64,000 bases of DNA from an uncultured Planctomycetota bacterium (GTDB taxonomy: Bacteria > Planctomycetota > Planctomycetia > Isosphaerales > Isosphaeraceae): assembly GCA_963823665.1 (NCBI GenBank), contig CAWGMQ010000002.1:64001-128000 (forward strand), written 5' to 3'. Positions within the stretch are counted from its first letter, which is position 1. Each line of letters opens with the position of its first letter. The notes below the pieces were generated by a model that worked only from the letters and a program-made list of their open reading frames with translations, did no database searches and had not been told where the DNA came from. Positions 22,587 through 31,900 of this stretch are shown here, in pieces. The position numbers were made by a program, and so were the translations under genes.

Positions 22587-23357
22587 TCAACCCTGCGACT
22601 CGGCCTTGATCAGATCGCGAAGCCTGGCTGCTAGCTCGTAATCTTCCCGCACCACCGCTTCCTCGAGTTGCTCACGCAGCGTTTTCCGTACGAGGAATCT
22701 CTCACGGACGTCCCGCTCGACCTTGCCGAGTCGCTCCACGAGCTTGGGCACGGGCGACTCGTCCGGGTCGTTCTCTTCCCACCAGACGCGTTGATGCGTG
22801 TTCAAACGATCGATACCCTCACGCAGCGCATCGACCGCCTCTTCCGGTCGTTTGCGTTCCAGCGCCATGGCAAAGCCGGCCTCCGCGCGGTGAAACAGAA
22901 CAATCGCCCGACACTGCTCGTGCGAGCCGATGTATTCTTCATCGATACCATGCCGCAATACGAAATCCATGAGCCCAAGGGTATGTTCGGCGTCCTGGAT
23001 CACCCGGTCATGCTTTCCGAGAAACCGCCAGGCAACCCGGCGATGATAGAACTGGATGAACTCTCGGTCCAGCTCGGCGCATTGTTCTGTCGACATCGAC
23101 CAGCGCACCACCTTGCTGCCGAGAGCATGCGCCCGACCGCTCGTGAGATGACGCAGATAGTCGAGATAGGTAACAAACCCATGCGGGCGCGCGCCGTCGG
23201 GTCTCCCGGTCACCTCGAGTTGAAGCACTCCAAGCTCGATGCGAACCTGCAAGACCTTCCGCCCGTCACCCGCCCGCCCCTCGCGAGCCACGTGTTCGCC
23301 CTTGGCTGGTTCATAAGGCCAGCTCCGGAGCAGCTCATCCAGGTCCGGTCGCATCAA
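22587..23357 (-). CDS. Conserved protein with C-terminal UvrB/UvrC motif
   Basis: LQVRIELGVLQLEVTGRPDG; C-terminal LEEAVVREDYELAARLRD. Confidence 0.8.
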   Translation of the reverse strand: MMRPDLDELLRSWPYEPAKGEHVAREGRAGDGRKVLQVRIELGVLQLEVTGRPDGARPHGFVTYLDYLRHLTSGRAHALGSKVVRWSMSTEQCAELDREFIQFYHRRVAWRFLGKHDRVIQDAEHTLGLMDFVLRHGIDEEYIGSHEQCRAIVLFHRAEAGFAMALERKRPEEAVDALREGIDRLNTHQRVWWEENDPDESPVPKLVERLGKVERDVRERFLVRKTLREQLEEAVVREDYELAARLRDLIKAESQG

Positions 23358-23392
23358 CTACTCCCTCGCGATCAAAGCGATTAAAGTCATTC

Positions 23393-23421
23393 TTGCAAAC
23401 CGACTGTACCTTCGTCATGAT
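23393..23421 (+). promoter_or_regulatory. Putative sigma70 promoter of tRNA-Lys
   Basis: TTGCAA-17 nt-CATGAT, 27 nt upstream of the tRNA. Confidence 0.4.
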
Positions 23422-23448
23422 GGATTTCCCTATCGAGCGAGCGTTCCC

Positions 23449-23521
<73 letters not shown>

Positions 23522-24109
23522 TTTTCGACAAGAAGTGCAGGTGGTGCGTCCGAGCATCGAGGGTGATCCTTCGCCGATCGCACAGCTTCGTTGATCATTG
23601 CCGACTTCTGGAAATCCGAGATCGATCCACCCTTGGCCCATGATGCCACGACCGCGGATGGCCCACGCCCCTCCGCGGATTGATCAACAACGCGCAAAAG
23701 CAAAGGGGGCTCGGACTTCCGTCGCGTTTCAACGTTCTTCGACGATGGATCATTCTGATAGCAAAATGATAGCATATTATAAGCGATCTGCTCTTCCCGC
23801 TCGCGGTTCTCAGCTCGAGTCCCGAGTTCGCGTCTCAGGCTGTTTGGCCAGTCGCAAATTGACGCGATCCCAAGACCGAATTCCGAGCACCACCACGAAC
23901 AGTCGCTCAATCTTTTGAGAAAGCCGTGCGCAAGCGTGGCCCCAAGCGCCGCGGTGAGCCGCGCTTGGAGGGCACAGAACCGACCGGCGGTGCGGACAGA
24001 GCGTGATCTTGCGTTCATGATCGCCCCGGAGGGCTATTCGAGAGTTGCTGTCAACAACCGGATCGCCGATCCGTCAATCGACCGGACCGGCGAAGTCGGT
24101 GTTGCGCAA

Positions 24110-24283
24110 TCACTTGAGAGCATCAAGCTTCGAATGAGCCGACGCCGCGACCTGATTGACGCCAAACGCGGCAAGGAATGCCGTGAGCGCAGGTGTGACC
24201 TGGTCTGTCTTGCCCGCAGCAACGACATACAGCAGGTAGAGCCCCGCGACGACCGCGGGCCAGTAGCGCACCAGAGTTGACAT
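24110..24283 (-). CDS. 57-aa two-TM small membrane protein (holin-like); not in the ORF track
   Basis: MSTLVRYWPAVVAGLYLLYVVAAGKTDQVTPALTAFLAAFGVNQVAASAHSKLDALK; AGGAG RBS overlaps the stop of the upstream C1 peptidase. Confidence 0.7.
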   Translation of the reverse strand: MSTLVRYWPAVVAGLYLLYVVAAGKTDQVTPALTAFLAAFGVNQVAASAHSKLDALK

Positions 24284-24294
24284 TCAGGTGTCTC

Positions 24295-25053
24295 CTATTC
24301 GACAGTACGAATTGTCCAGAAATCGCTCGTCAGCGCACTTGTCATGTACGCATAAGGCAAATAGAAATACCCCCCATCCCCCCAGCTCGACCCCCACGAG
24401 TTTCGCACGGTAAACGTCGACGACGCGTCGTCGTAGCCGACAGCCATCACCGCATGGCCGCCGATCGCACGCTCAAACCAGTTCGGCATCGGCACATGCC
24501 CCGTTCGCGCGACGTAATCCGACTCGAAGCTCGCATAGACAGTGAAGCCGAAAACAAAGGGAAAGCCCGCCGCAAGGCAGCCGCGGAAATCGCTCAGATC
24601 CTGATTGACAGTCTCGTAAACGAGCGCCAGATGCTTGGAAGCATCGTCGTAGCACGCCGCCGGCGGCTGGACCGTGAACTGGCTGACGTCGTACGGCCAT
24701 TCCGTCTCAGGGCAATCACCCCACTGGGCTACACTCTTGATGCCGTCCCGGATCTGTGCACCTGAATCGGACCCGACGGTCCCTTCGATCGCGCGCTCAT
24801 TATAATAAATGAATAAGCGAGATGGTGTTGAAACCGGCAGCTTCTGGCGGGCCGCGTCGAACTCGAGTGCCGCTGCAATCGCATTCGCCGTGCAGCTTCC
24901 AAGTTCTCCCTGGTCATAAACCGGTGGACATTGTGCTCGCAGATCAACGGCCGGCGGAAGTCCGGCAGCCGCTTTAGCATTCTGCGCGAGTTGGAACTTT
25001 CGGTCTCGTTGATCCGGCAAGTCGCGGACCCACCCATACCTTCTTGTCGCCAT
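24295..25053 (-). CDS. Papain-like C1 family cysteine peptidase, no signal peptide
   Basis: VDLR...DQGELGSCTANA (Q, catalytic C), GGHAVMAVGYDD (H), VRNSWGSSWG (N); TAATG coupling to the upstream gene. Confidence 0.93.
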   Translation of the reverse strand: MATRRYGWVRDLPDQRDRKFQLAQNAKAAAGLPPAVDLRAQCPPVYDQGELGSCTANAIAAALEFDAARQKLPVSTPSRLFIYYNERAIEGTVGSDSGAQIRDGIKSVAQWGDCPETEWPYDVSQFTVQPPAACYDDASKHLALVYETVNQDLSDFRGCLAAGFPFVFGFTVYASFESDYVARTGHVPMPNWFERAIGGHAVMAVGYDDASSTFTVRNSWGSSWGDGGYFYLPYAYMTSALTSDFWTIRTVE

Positions 25054-25361
25054 TATGGATAACTCCTGACGCATTGGATGCATTCCAAGGTGCTTACTTT
25101 CGCCCCGCAGCGCAGACCACACCGCGCACAACCGCATCCTCCGGCTTCGGTTGACCGGAACATGCAGTCGCGTACGGCGCGTGCCAGGGCTATGGACTCC
25201 GCCGCCGTCGGTCCGGGACGCGGCGGCTCCTTCGCCAATCGCTGCACCAGTGCCGAATACTCGGCACGAACTAGAGCATTGGGATGCTCGAGGCAGAGAT
25301 AGCGGTATCGTTCCACCCCGGTGCGGACGATGACCAGCTCGAGTGCTTCAACAAGTGTCAA
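25053..25361 (-). CDS. Small Cys-rich hypothetical protein
   Basis: C-terminal CMFRS...CGCARC...ECIQC; stop overlaps the peptidase ATG; GGCTTG/CCATTG start context is weak. Confidence 0.6.
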   Translation of the reverse strand: MTLVEALELVIVRTGVERYRYLCLEHPNALVRAEYSALVQRLAKEPPRPGPTAAESIALARAVRDCMFRSTEAGGCGCARCGLRCGAKVSTLECIQCVRSYP

Positions 25362-25390
25362 TGGAGAGGCGCAGCGCCGCTGAGCAAGCC

Positions 25391-25726
25391 TTACTTCGCT
25401 TCTCCGCCCTCGCCGGCGAAGGGCATTTCCCCGCCGTGCTGCTCCCCGGGCTTTTGATCGGGGGCCAGCCGACGACGGTTGAGCTCGGCGTCAACCCGTG
25501 CGAGTAGCTCGGCGTGCGCACGCATTTTTCCGCGAAAGATGTAGAGGGCGACCGCGCTGCCGAACATGGAGACGACGATCGAGACCATCCATTTCACGTC
25601 GTCGAATTGCAAGCCGACGACAGCCGTGGTCGCCGACGCCAGTGCAAGAAAATGCACCGCCCCGTACTTTTGGGATAACAACATGAGCGTCCCTATACCA
25701 CAATTCCCGATGTCGTTTTGGTCCAC
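25391..25726 (-). CDS. Small membrane protein with 2 hydrophobic segments and a charged C-tail (holin-like)
   Basis: GAVHFLALASATTAVVGL and WMVSIVVSMFGSAVALYIF, then RGKMR...LNRRR; lies directly after the portal gene. Confidence 0.55.
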   Translation of the reverse strand: MDQNDIGNCGIGTLMLLSQKYGAVHFLALASATTAVVGLQFDDVKWMVSIVVSMFGSAVALYIFRGKMRAHAELLARVDAELNRRRLAPDQKPGEQHGGEMPFAGEGGEAK

Positions 25727-25762
25727 AGTGTCGATCAGTCCCTGTCCCGGATCCGCTTCGAT

Positions 25763-27712
25763 CTACTCGACCGACGGAATCATGTTTCCGATCATCGTGC
25801 TCCCAGACTCTCCGGTTGGATCTTCGCCACCGGCTTGCTCGGGTGAGCCTCCCCCGGTAAAGGCCTCGGCCTGGCTTGAGATGCCTCCCGGCGCCCATTC
25901 ACTGGGCTGACCCGATGCAATCGACTTGGTCGCCAGCATCGAGTCGATCTCCTGGTCGAGAGCAACGTATTCCTCGTCCGACAGTCCTAGGAGAAGCTGG
26001 CGAATGATCGACTTGTACCCGAGACCTTCAGTCTGCGGCGCCGTTCCTGCCGACTTGAATGACTGCTGCATCCGCGTGAGGCCGTCAATGAGCTCGGAAG
26101 CGCTGAATAGCTCAAATCGCGCGGGATAGATCACCCTGATCGCCTCTCTCTCCGCCGACGTCACGGGGCGGCCGCGAAGAACCAGAAGCGCGAATTCGGC
26201 GATGAATCGTTCCGCGCGCGCCAGCGACTTCGCTATCGACCCGAGCAGCTTGTGCCCCGCCGCCGCGTCGAGCTGCTTGGAGATGCCCGACTGGGCCACG
26301 GTCCACCCGCCGTGACCCGCGCCGGAACCGGCCGCCACACCCGCCGGCTTGATGAGACACGCGCGTCGGTCCTTCATGTCGATGAGATCTTGCTTGTTCG
26401 TACGGAGCGAGGCGGCCGGGTCCTTCGGTGGGGATGTGTACTCCCAGCCTTCGTAGGCACCGCTCTCCGGGCTCTTTTTCTTCGGAAGAACGTAGCCGGG
26501 GCCAATCGACAGAGTGTTATCAGCCTTGCAATAATCCTCGGGCCCGGACAGGAGCGGATGAGCCTGCAAGGTGTCGGATAGGATCAGTTCGCTGTCCCTG
26601 TTGTAGTACTCTCGCTGCAGCTCCGCGATTGCTTCATACCGCGATTTCCCGATTGTCGGCGTGCGGTGCTTTTTCAAATCGATGAGACGAACGATCGGCA
26701 CCCGGCCGAACGAATGCGGAACCCGATCGATCACCTCGTCGCCGCTGAAGTTGTAGAGCACCGACTCGTCCGATTTCCAGTGCCGGTAGCGGACGTAGTT
26801 CTTCCGCCAGGCTTCGCCTATCTTACCGGGGTCATCCACGTCGACTACGGTCCCGTTGCTGTCGACATCGATCCGCGCCGACGGGTCTTGATATTCGCGG
26901 ACCAGGCATTCGACGTAGCGACCGGAATTATCGCACCGCCACCAGACCATATTCTGTGGCAGGATGTACGAGGCCACGCATTTGTCCAGACCGAGCCGAA
27001 GTTCGTCCGCTCTTGTCTCGATGCGTTCGCCGGGCGGGGCCATCGGGTGGTCCAGACAAATGTCGATGCAGCCGAGCACCAGCAAAAGAGGCGCGACGGT
27101 CTCCCGCATCCAGTCATCGATCGGCGTTCCCCGGCCGTCGACGTCTTTCCACCATTCCGCGAGATCAGCCGGTCCCGCGCGGGTGACCTCTTGGTCATAG
27201 ACCTTGCTCAGGTGAATCTCGACCGCCTCGGCCACGAATTCGGGCACCGGCGTCCGGGCTCGCCGCAGCTCGTAGTCATCATCCTGCGCAGTCGACGCTG
27301 GATCTGCCCCCAGCATGCCGGGATACGGCCCGAAACCGATGCTCTGGCCTTCACCGCTCACCGCGGCCAGGCCGCCGGCAAACCCGCCATAAACAACCGG
27401 GAATTGTTGCGGGTCCGGATACTCTCGCCGATGTCGGAATAAATTGCGACATGGCAGCCCCTTGCGATCGGGACCGTATACCGCGTTTCGATATCGGTCG
27501 CCCCCTTCGTAAGAGTCGAGCAGCCAGCGCCAGCGGATCTGATGCTCGAGAAAGTCGACATGCCGCCGCTGCACGACGGTCTTCCCATCCGTCTCCGCTT
27601 CGCCGGCAACGATTTTTGCCCGCGACTGATGTGTCTCCGCACTTGTGATCGACCCGTCCCGACCTGTGCCCAGGCCGGCAGACGGTGAGGTCCGCTGCAG
27701 GAAGTTCAACAT
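25763..27712 (-). CDS. Phage portal protein-like (DUF4055-type)
   Basis: Motif order matches this portal class as I recall it: LFRHRRE, DYELRRAR, WKDVDGRGTPID, ICLDHP, TRADE, PQNMVWWR, HSFGRVPIV, IAELQREYYNRDSE, SGISKQLD. Confidence 0.75.
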   Translation of the reverse strand: MLNFLQRTSPSAGLGTGRDGSITSAETHQSRAKIVAGEAETDGKTVVQRRHVDFLEHQIRWRWLLDSYEGGDRYRNAVYGPDRKGLPCRNLFRHRREYPDPQQFPVVYGGFAGGLAAVSGEGQSIGFGPYPGMLGADPASTAQDDDYELRRARTPVPEFVAEAVEIHLSKVYDQEVTRAGPADLAEWWKDVDGRGTPIDDWMRETVAPLLLVLGCIDICLDHPMAPPGERIETRADELRLGLDKCVASYILPQNMVWWRCDNSGRYVECLVREYQDPSARIDVDSNGTVVDVDDPGKIGEAWRKNYVRYRHWKSDESVLYNFSGDEVIDRVPHSFGRVPIVRLIDLKKHRTPTIGKSRYEAIAELQREYYNRDSELILSDTLQAHPLLSGPEDYCKADNTLSIGPGYVLPKKKSPESGAYEGWEYTSPPKDPAASLRTNKQDLIDMKDRRACLIKPAGVAAGSGAGHGGWTVAQSGISKQLDAAAGHKLLGSIAKSLARAERFIAEFALLVLRGRPVTSAEREAIRVIYPARFELFSASELIDGLTRMQQSFKSAGTAPQTEGLGYKSIIRQLLLGLSDEEYVALDQEIDSMLATKSIASGQPSEWAPGGISSQAEAFTGGGSPEQAGGEDPTGESGSTMIGNMIPSVE

Positions 27713-27794
27713 GATGATTAATAGTGAGTGAGATGCACCCCGCGCAACCTGTCACCGGGTACGTCCCCGATTCGGGCTGTCTGCGGATCGGTGC

Positions 27795-28202
27795 TTATCG
27801 TTGGTGGTTGGCAGTCGCAAGTTGTGGTTTAACGGCCGGAGTCGGTGGATCCGGGAACCTCGCCAGCTCCGCGAGCAACCCGTCGAGGCGATCGAGCACC
27901 GCAGTCGGATCCCGCACGGCTCGCAAATTGTCCAGCTCCGCGATGGCACGCCTGAGCCATCGCGCCGTGATATGTTCGTCTTTGTCCGGCCTTCGCTCGA
28001 AGTAACCCGATTCGACGAGCCCGATTAATCGCCTCGCGATGGCCGCCGCCCGTAACGGTGCGGACCCAGCTTTGATGTGGGGAGGACGGATGGCTGTCAT
28101 GTCTTGCTCGTGTAAGCGCCTCAATGTGTGAGTCATCCTCCATGACACTCCCGCGCACTTCGCGGACACCTCTTGGCCGGTTTCGATCGCGAGGGCAATC
28201 AC
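27795..28202 (-). CDS. Hypothetical helical protein; start uncertain
   Basis: Amphipathic helical ORF (ARRLIGLVESGYF...RWLRRAIAELDNL) co-directional with and upstream of the portal gene. Confidence 0.4.
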   Translation of the reverse strand: MIALAIETGQEVSAKCAGVSWRMTHTLRRLHEQDMTAIRPPHIKAGSAPLRAAAIARRLIGLVESGYFERRPDKDEHITARWLRRAIAELDNLRAVRDPTAVLDRLDGLLAELARFPDPPTPAVKPQLATANHQR

Positions 28203-28491
28203 ACGCCACTCGCATTAATCTCACCAGTCGCTCGTCGCGCCTTACCCGGAGACCCCAATTTCGACATGCTCGATCTCCGGGTTCGCCGCCTCACGCTCCA
28301 ACGTGTGAGTATTTTGTCACCTGAATAATTATGCGCCGATTTTGCCAAAACGGCCGTGCCTGGAACTTCGACGACGCTTCGACCTTCGGCGCAACTCGAA
28401 TCCCCACAACGTGTACCGGATTCGCAAAAAACGTTCAGTTGAGCCCGTTCAATACGAATTGAAACATGACCGCTGTCCGTTCAAGTCGCAC

Positions 28492-29553
28492 TCAGTGCCC
28501 AGCTTTTACCTTGGCCGGTTCACCCCCACGCACATCGCGATACAAGCGTGCCAGTTCGACCAGCAGTTTCTCTAGTCGGGCATAATACTCGTCGTCCTTG
28601 AACTTTTCCTTCTGGTCGCGCAAGGCAGCAACCGCTGCTTCGAGCTCGTCGCGTCGTTGCCGAATCTCCACCGGCATCTCCCGCTCTCGGTCGCTGGGAA
28701 TGAGATGCAACTGATGAGCCCGAATCCCGTCGACGCTGGCACCGTCTTTGGCACGCTGGGTGGCACGGACACCCTTGAACCAGCTTGCCGGAGTCCCGAG
28801 GCGGTCGCCATTGTCATCCAACAGTGCATGTTCCGTCGCGAGCTGCGAATGCGTCCGATAATACTCTTCGACGCGGTGGCTCGCCGTTAGATATGCTTCC
28901 AGCAGAGAGACTTGGCCATCCTTGTCTAGATCAGCGAGTGGGTCGGTCATCGCCTCCGCAATAAACTCGCCGAACCGCGAAAAGTTCATCTCGAACCCAC
29001 TTTTGGTCGCCACCACAACCACCCGCTTGGGGCCCGAGAGCCGATTGAGGAACGGACCGCTTGCCGACGCACAGTTGATGATCACAACAGGTCGCTTGAC
29101 CGCGCTCAGCCAATCGGCAAGCTCCGCGTCCGTCAGGTCCGGTCCCTGGAGATTGAACTTGGCCTCGCGGCCGTCGTAAGTTCCGTGCCCGATCAAGACG
29201 ATCCAGAGTGGCTCGAGGCTCGGTTTCGACTTCTCGACCACCAAGGCGTGCAGTCGATCGTGGTCGGTAACACCCGGTTGTCCCGTCGCGCCGATCACGA
29301 TCGATTCGGCGCTCGCCTTGCCTGCGGCGGCCTTCCACGACCCGGCCCACCGTTCGAACTGGCTCTTGTATTCACCTGCACCCGGCGCCCCGACGACGAT
29401 AACCACACACTGCTTTTCCAGAGCGTTCACTGCTGCCAGATGGAAGCAAATCGTGAGCAACGCAATCATGATCCAGATCCGTCCTGTCTTTGCAGCCGAT
29501 TGACTCGATGATTCGCTCGCGACCCGGCGCCTGATCGCGTCAGGCCAGGCCAT
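28492..29553 (-). CDS. Secreted caspase/legumain-fold-like hypothetical protein, last gene of the MoxR operon (start may be 29469)
   Basis: Signal-like N-terminus, WIVLIGHG, IINCASASGPF, RVVVVATKSG, EF-hand-like ADLDKDGQVSLLEA. Confidence 0.7.
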   Translation of the reverse strand: MAWPDAIRRRVASESSSQSAAKTGRIWIMIALLTICFHLAAVNALEKQCVVIVVGAPGAGEYKSQFERWAGSWKAAAGKASAESIVIGATGQPGVTDHDRLHALVVEKSKPSLEPLWIVLIGHGTYDGREAKFNLQGPDLTDAELADWLSAVKRPVVIINCASASGPFLNRLSGPKRVVVVATKSGFEMNFSRFGEFIAEAMTDPLADLDKDGQVSLLEAYLTASHRVEEYYRTHSQLATEHALLDDNGDRLGTPASWFKGVRATQRAKDGASVDGIRAHQLHLIPSDREREMPVEIRQRRDELEAAVAALRDQKEKFKDDEYYARLEKLLVELARLYRDVRGGEPAKVKAGH

Positions 29554-31900
29554 TCAAGCGCCTCAGGCCCCATTCCCCCAGCAAGCACACAATGGCGACC
29601 AGAAAATACAGGGGCTGATGCCAGAGCGGAGACGTCCAAGGCTCGGTGATCGGTGCGCTGCGCGAGGAGAGACTCGCTACGAATGAGGCAAGTCGATTGC
29701 CATCCACGACCTCGCCGCCTGTTTTTGCCGCAATCGTTCTCAGGTATTCTTGGTCAGGCTCGAGGCGGGCAAACTCGTCGGCAGCCGGCTGAGCCGCCCA
29801 GCCGGCTGCCTTCTCGCCTAGGGCGCTGCCGTCCGGCGCGGTCGCGGCGGCGACGATGTTGTAGGCACCCGGCTCTCGAGGAACATAAGTCGTCGCGTAA
29901 GCACCGGCCTCACGCAGGTCCGGCTCGCCGTCGAGTGTGAGTGTTTCACCCCCGGGTAGACGAACGCGAAAGGCGACCTTGGCATTCTCCAGCGGACGAT
30001 ATTCCGCATCGCGCACTCGGGCAGTGAGGCGAAGCGCCGGTGTCTCCGAGTCCGTCCTGGGACGCACGGTCACTTCAACGCGGCCTGGCACGTCGCCGAC
30101 CAGCCAGCGGACGGTCTGCCGCCATGAGCGATCGAAGTCGTCCTCCACCTGGTTCTCGCGGTACATTCCCCACCGCCACAAGTCGCCGATCAAGAGCGCC
30201 GCCACATGCCCCTTTCCAAACGACTGCGCCACGAGAGCCGGTGCCTTTGCCCCCGCTACTAAGTCCTGAACCTCCGAGAGCACCACGGCCCCAGGCTTCA
30301 CTTCGCCCGACCTGCTCAGCGTTTGGAACTCGACCATTCCGGCCAGCCGCTTGTTCTCTTCGTCTTCGGTCTTGCGTACCCGCACCCAGGGCTGTAGCCA
30401 GCCTTCTCGCGTCAGCACCAGGCGATACTTGCCGTCATCCTTCGGCACCACAGGCCGGCTCAGATAGACCGGCAGCAGCTCACCGATGGGCGTCTTGTCA
30501 TACCTGCCCTCGACAAAAGAATCCGGGCCGCCGAGCATCAATAACCCACCCCCGCGCTGGCTCACGAAATTCCTCAAGAGCGCCTGCTGGTCCGGGCTGA
30601 AAAAAGATGACCTCGAGATCGTCGATAATCACCGCGTGATACTTGTACAGCTCGTCAGCAGCCTTCGGAAAGCCGTCTCTCAGGTCCACTTCGTTCGTCC
30701 CTAACCGGATCAGCACCGGCTGGTCTTGCCGCTCGGCCGAATCGGGATCGGAGTGATCGAAACCGTCGAACAGAGGGCTCGTCGATCGCGCCCGCGCGCT
30801 GCGGAAGTCGAATTTCGGCTGGCGACTTGGCAATTCGCAGCAGCCCGATCAGCTCAACCTCTTTGTCCTCGTCGATCGCCCTGCGCAGGAACTTGAATTC
30901 CCAGTTGGGACGCCCGCTCACATAAAGCACCCGGTACGGCCCGCCCCCCTGATCAACCACGACCAGCCGGCTGTTATTGGCAAGAGTCTGCTCGCTCGTG
31001 CTCTGGAGAGTCGCCGGCTCCATCGTCTTTCTTCTCGTCGGCAACCGGTAACGCTTTGACGTGATAGAAGCTCACTCCTTTGCGCTCGGGTCGGAACTGA
31101 AATCGAAAGCCCAGCGGCTTGCCATCGCCGGTTGCTTTCAATACCTGGCGCTCGACTTGTTTGCCCCCCTCGTCGGCCAGAACAGCCACGATCTGCTCTC
31201 CGTTCAAACCGCTTGTCGCTACGTCCGCCCGGATAACAACCGGCGCCGACTCGAAATTCGTCTGATTGATCGAGACATGAGTGACGCCCACATCGCGACT
31301 GACCGATCCCGATGGAGGAATAACCGGATAGATCGGCCGTGACTGCGATAGATCCAGATCCTTCAGATCGGTGCGATTGCCGTCGCTGAAGAGCAGAATC
31401 CCGGCCAGCGGCAAGCCCCGGAACCGCTTCGAGAGCGCCTCGATCGATGTAGTCAGTGCGCTGCCCGTGCCGTCAAACGTCAACCCTTCAAATCCATCCA
31501 CGGCCCGGAGGTGCGTGTCGAACACATAGCTGCGGACGTCATAATCCTGGCCCAGTCGCGTTTTCCAGGCCGGTTCCCCCTGCAGCAGGCCGAGCATCCA
31601 ATCTCCATTCGTCTGGGTCGTCTTGCCGTCGCGAATCTGCAGACTCTGGCTGTTGTCGGCCAGAATCACGAAGGCATTGGCCCCCCGGCGCGGCCTTGAA
31701 CCGGTGAGCAGCGGCTCGAGCAAGCAGATCGCCAGTGCCGCGAAACCCAGAGCTTTCAGCACTCCGGCCGCAATTCTCACCGATCGTTTCGCCTCGGCCC
31801 GCGCGTAGCTCCAGAGAAGCGCCGCCACGGCCAGACCCACGAGCCCAACCGTCACGGCCATCCATTGCGGTGAGCCCCAGATCAGGGAAGGCAACGTCAT
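29540..31900 (-). CDS. Membrane protein with VWA-like and class-I glutamine-amidotransferase-like domains; several frameshifts (~30590, ~30820, ~31010)
   Basis: N-terminal TMs, ILADNSQS, LLFSDG, RVLYVSGRPNWEFKFLRRA, GGGLLMLGGPDSF, C-terminal GEWGLRRLNGLA. Confidence 0.8.
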
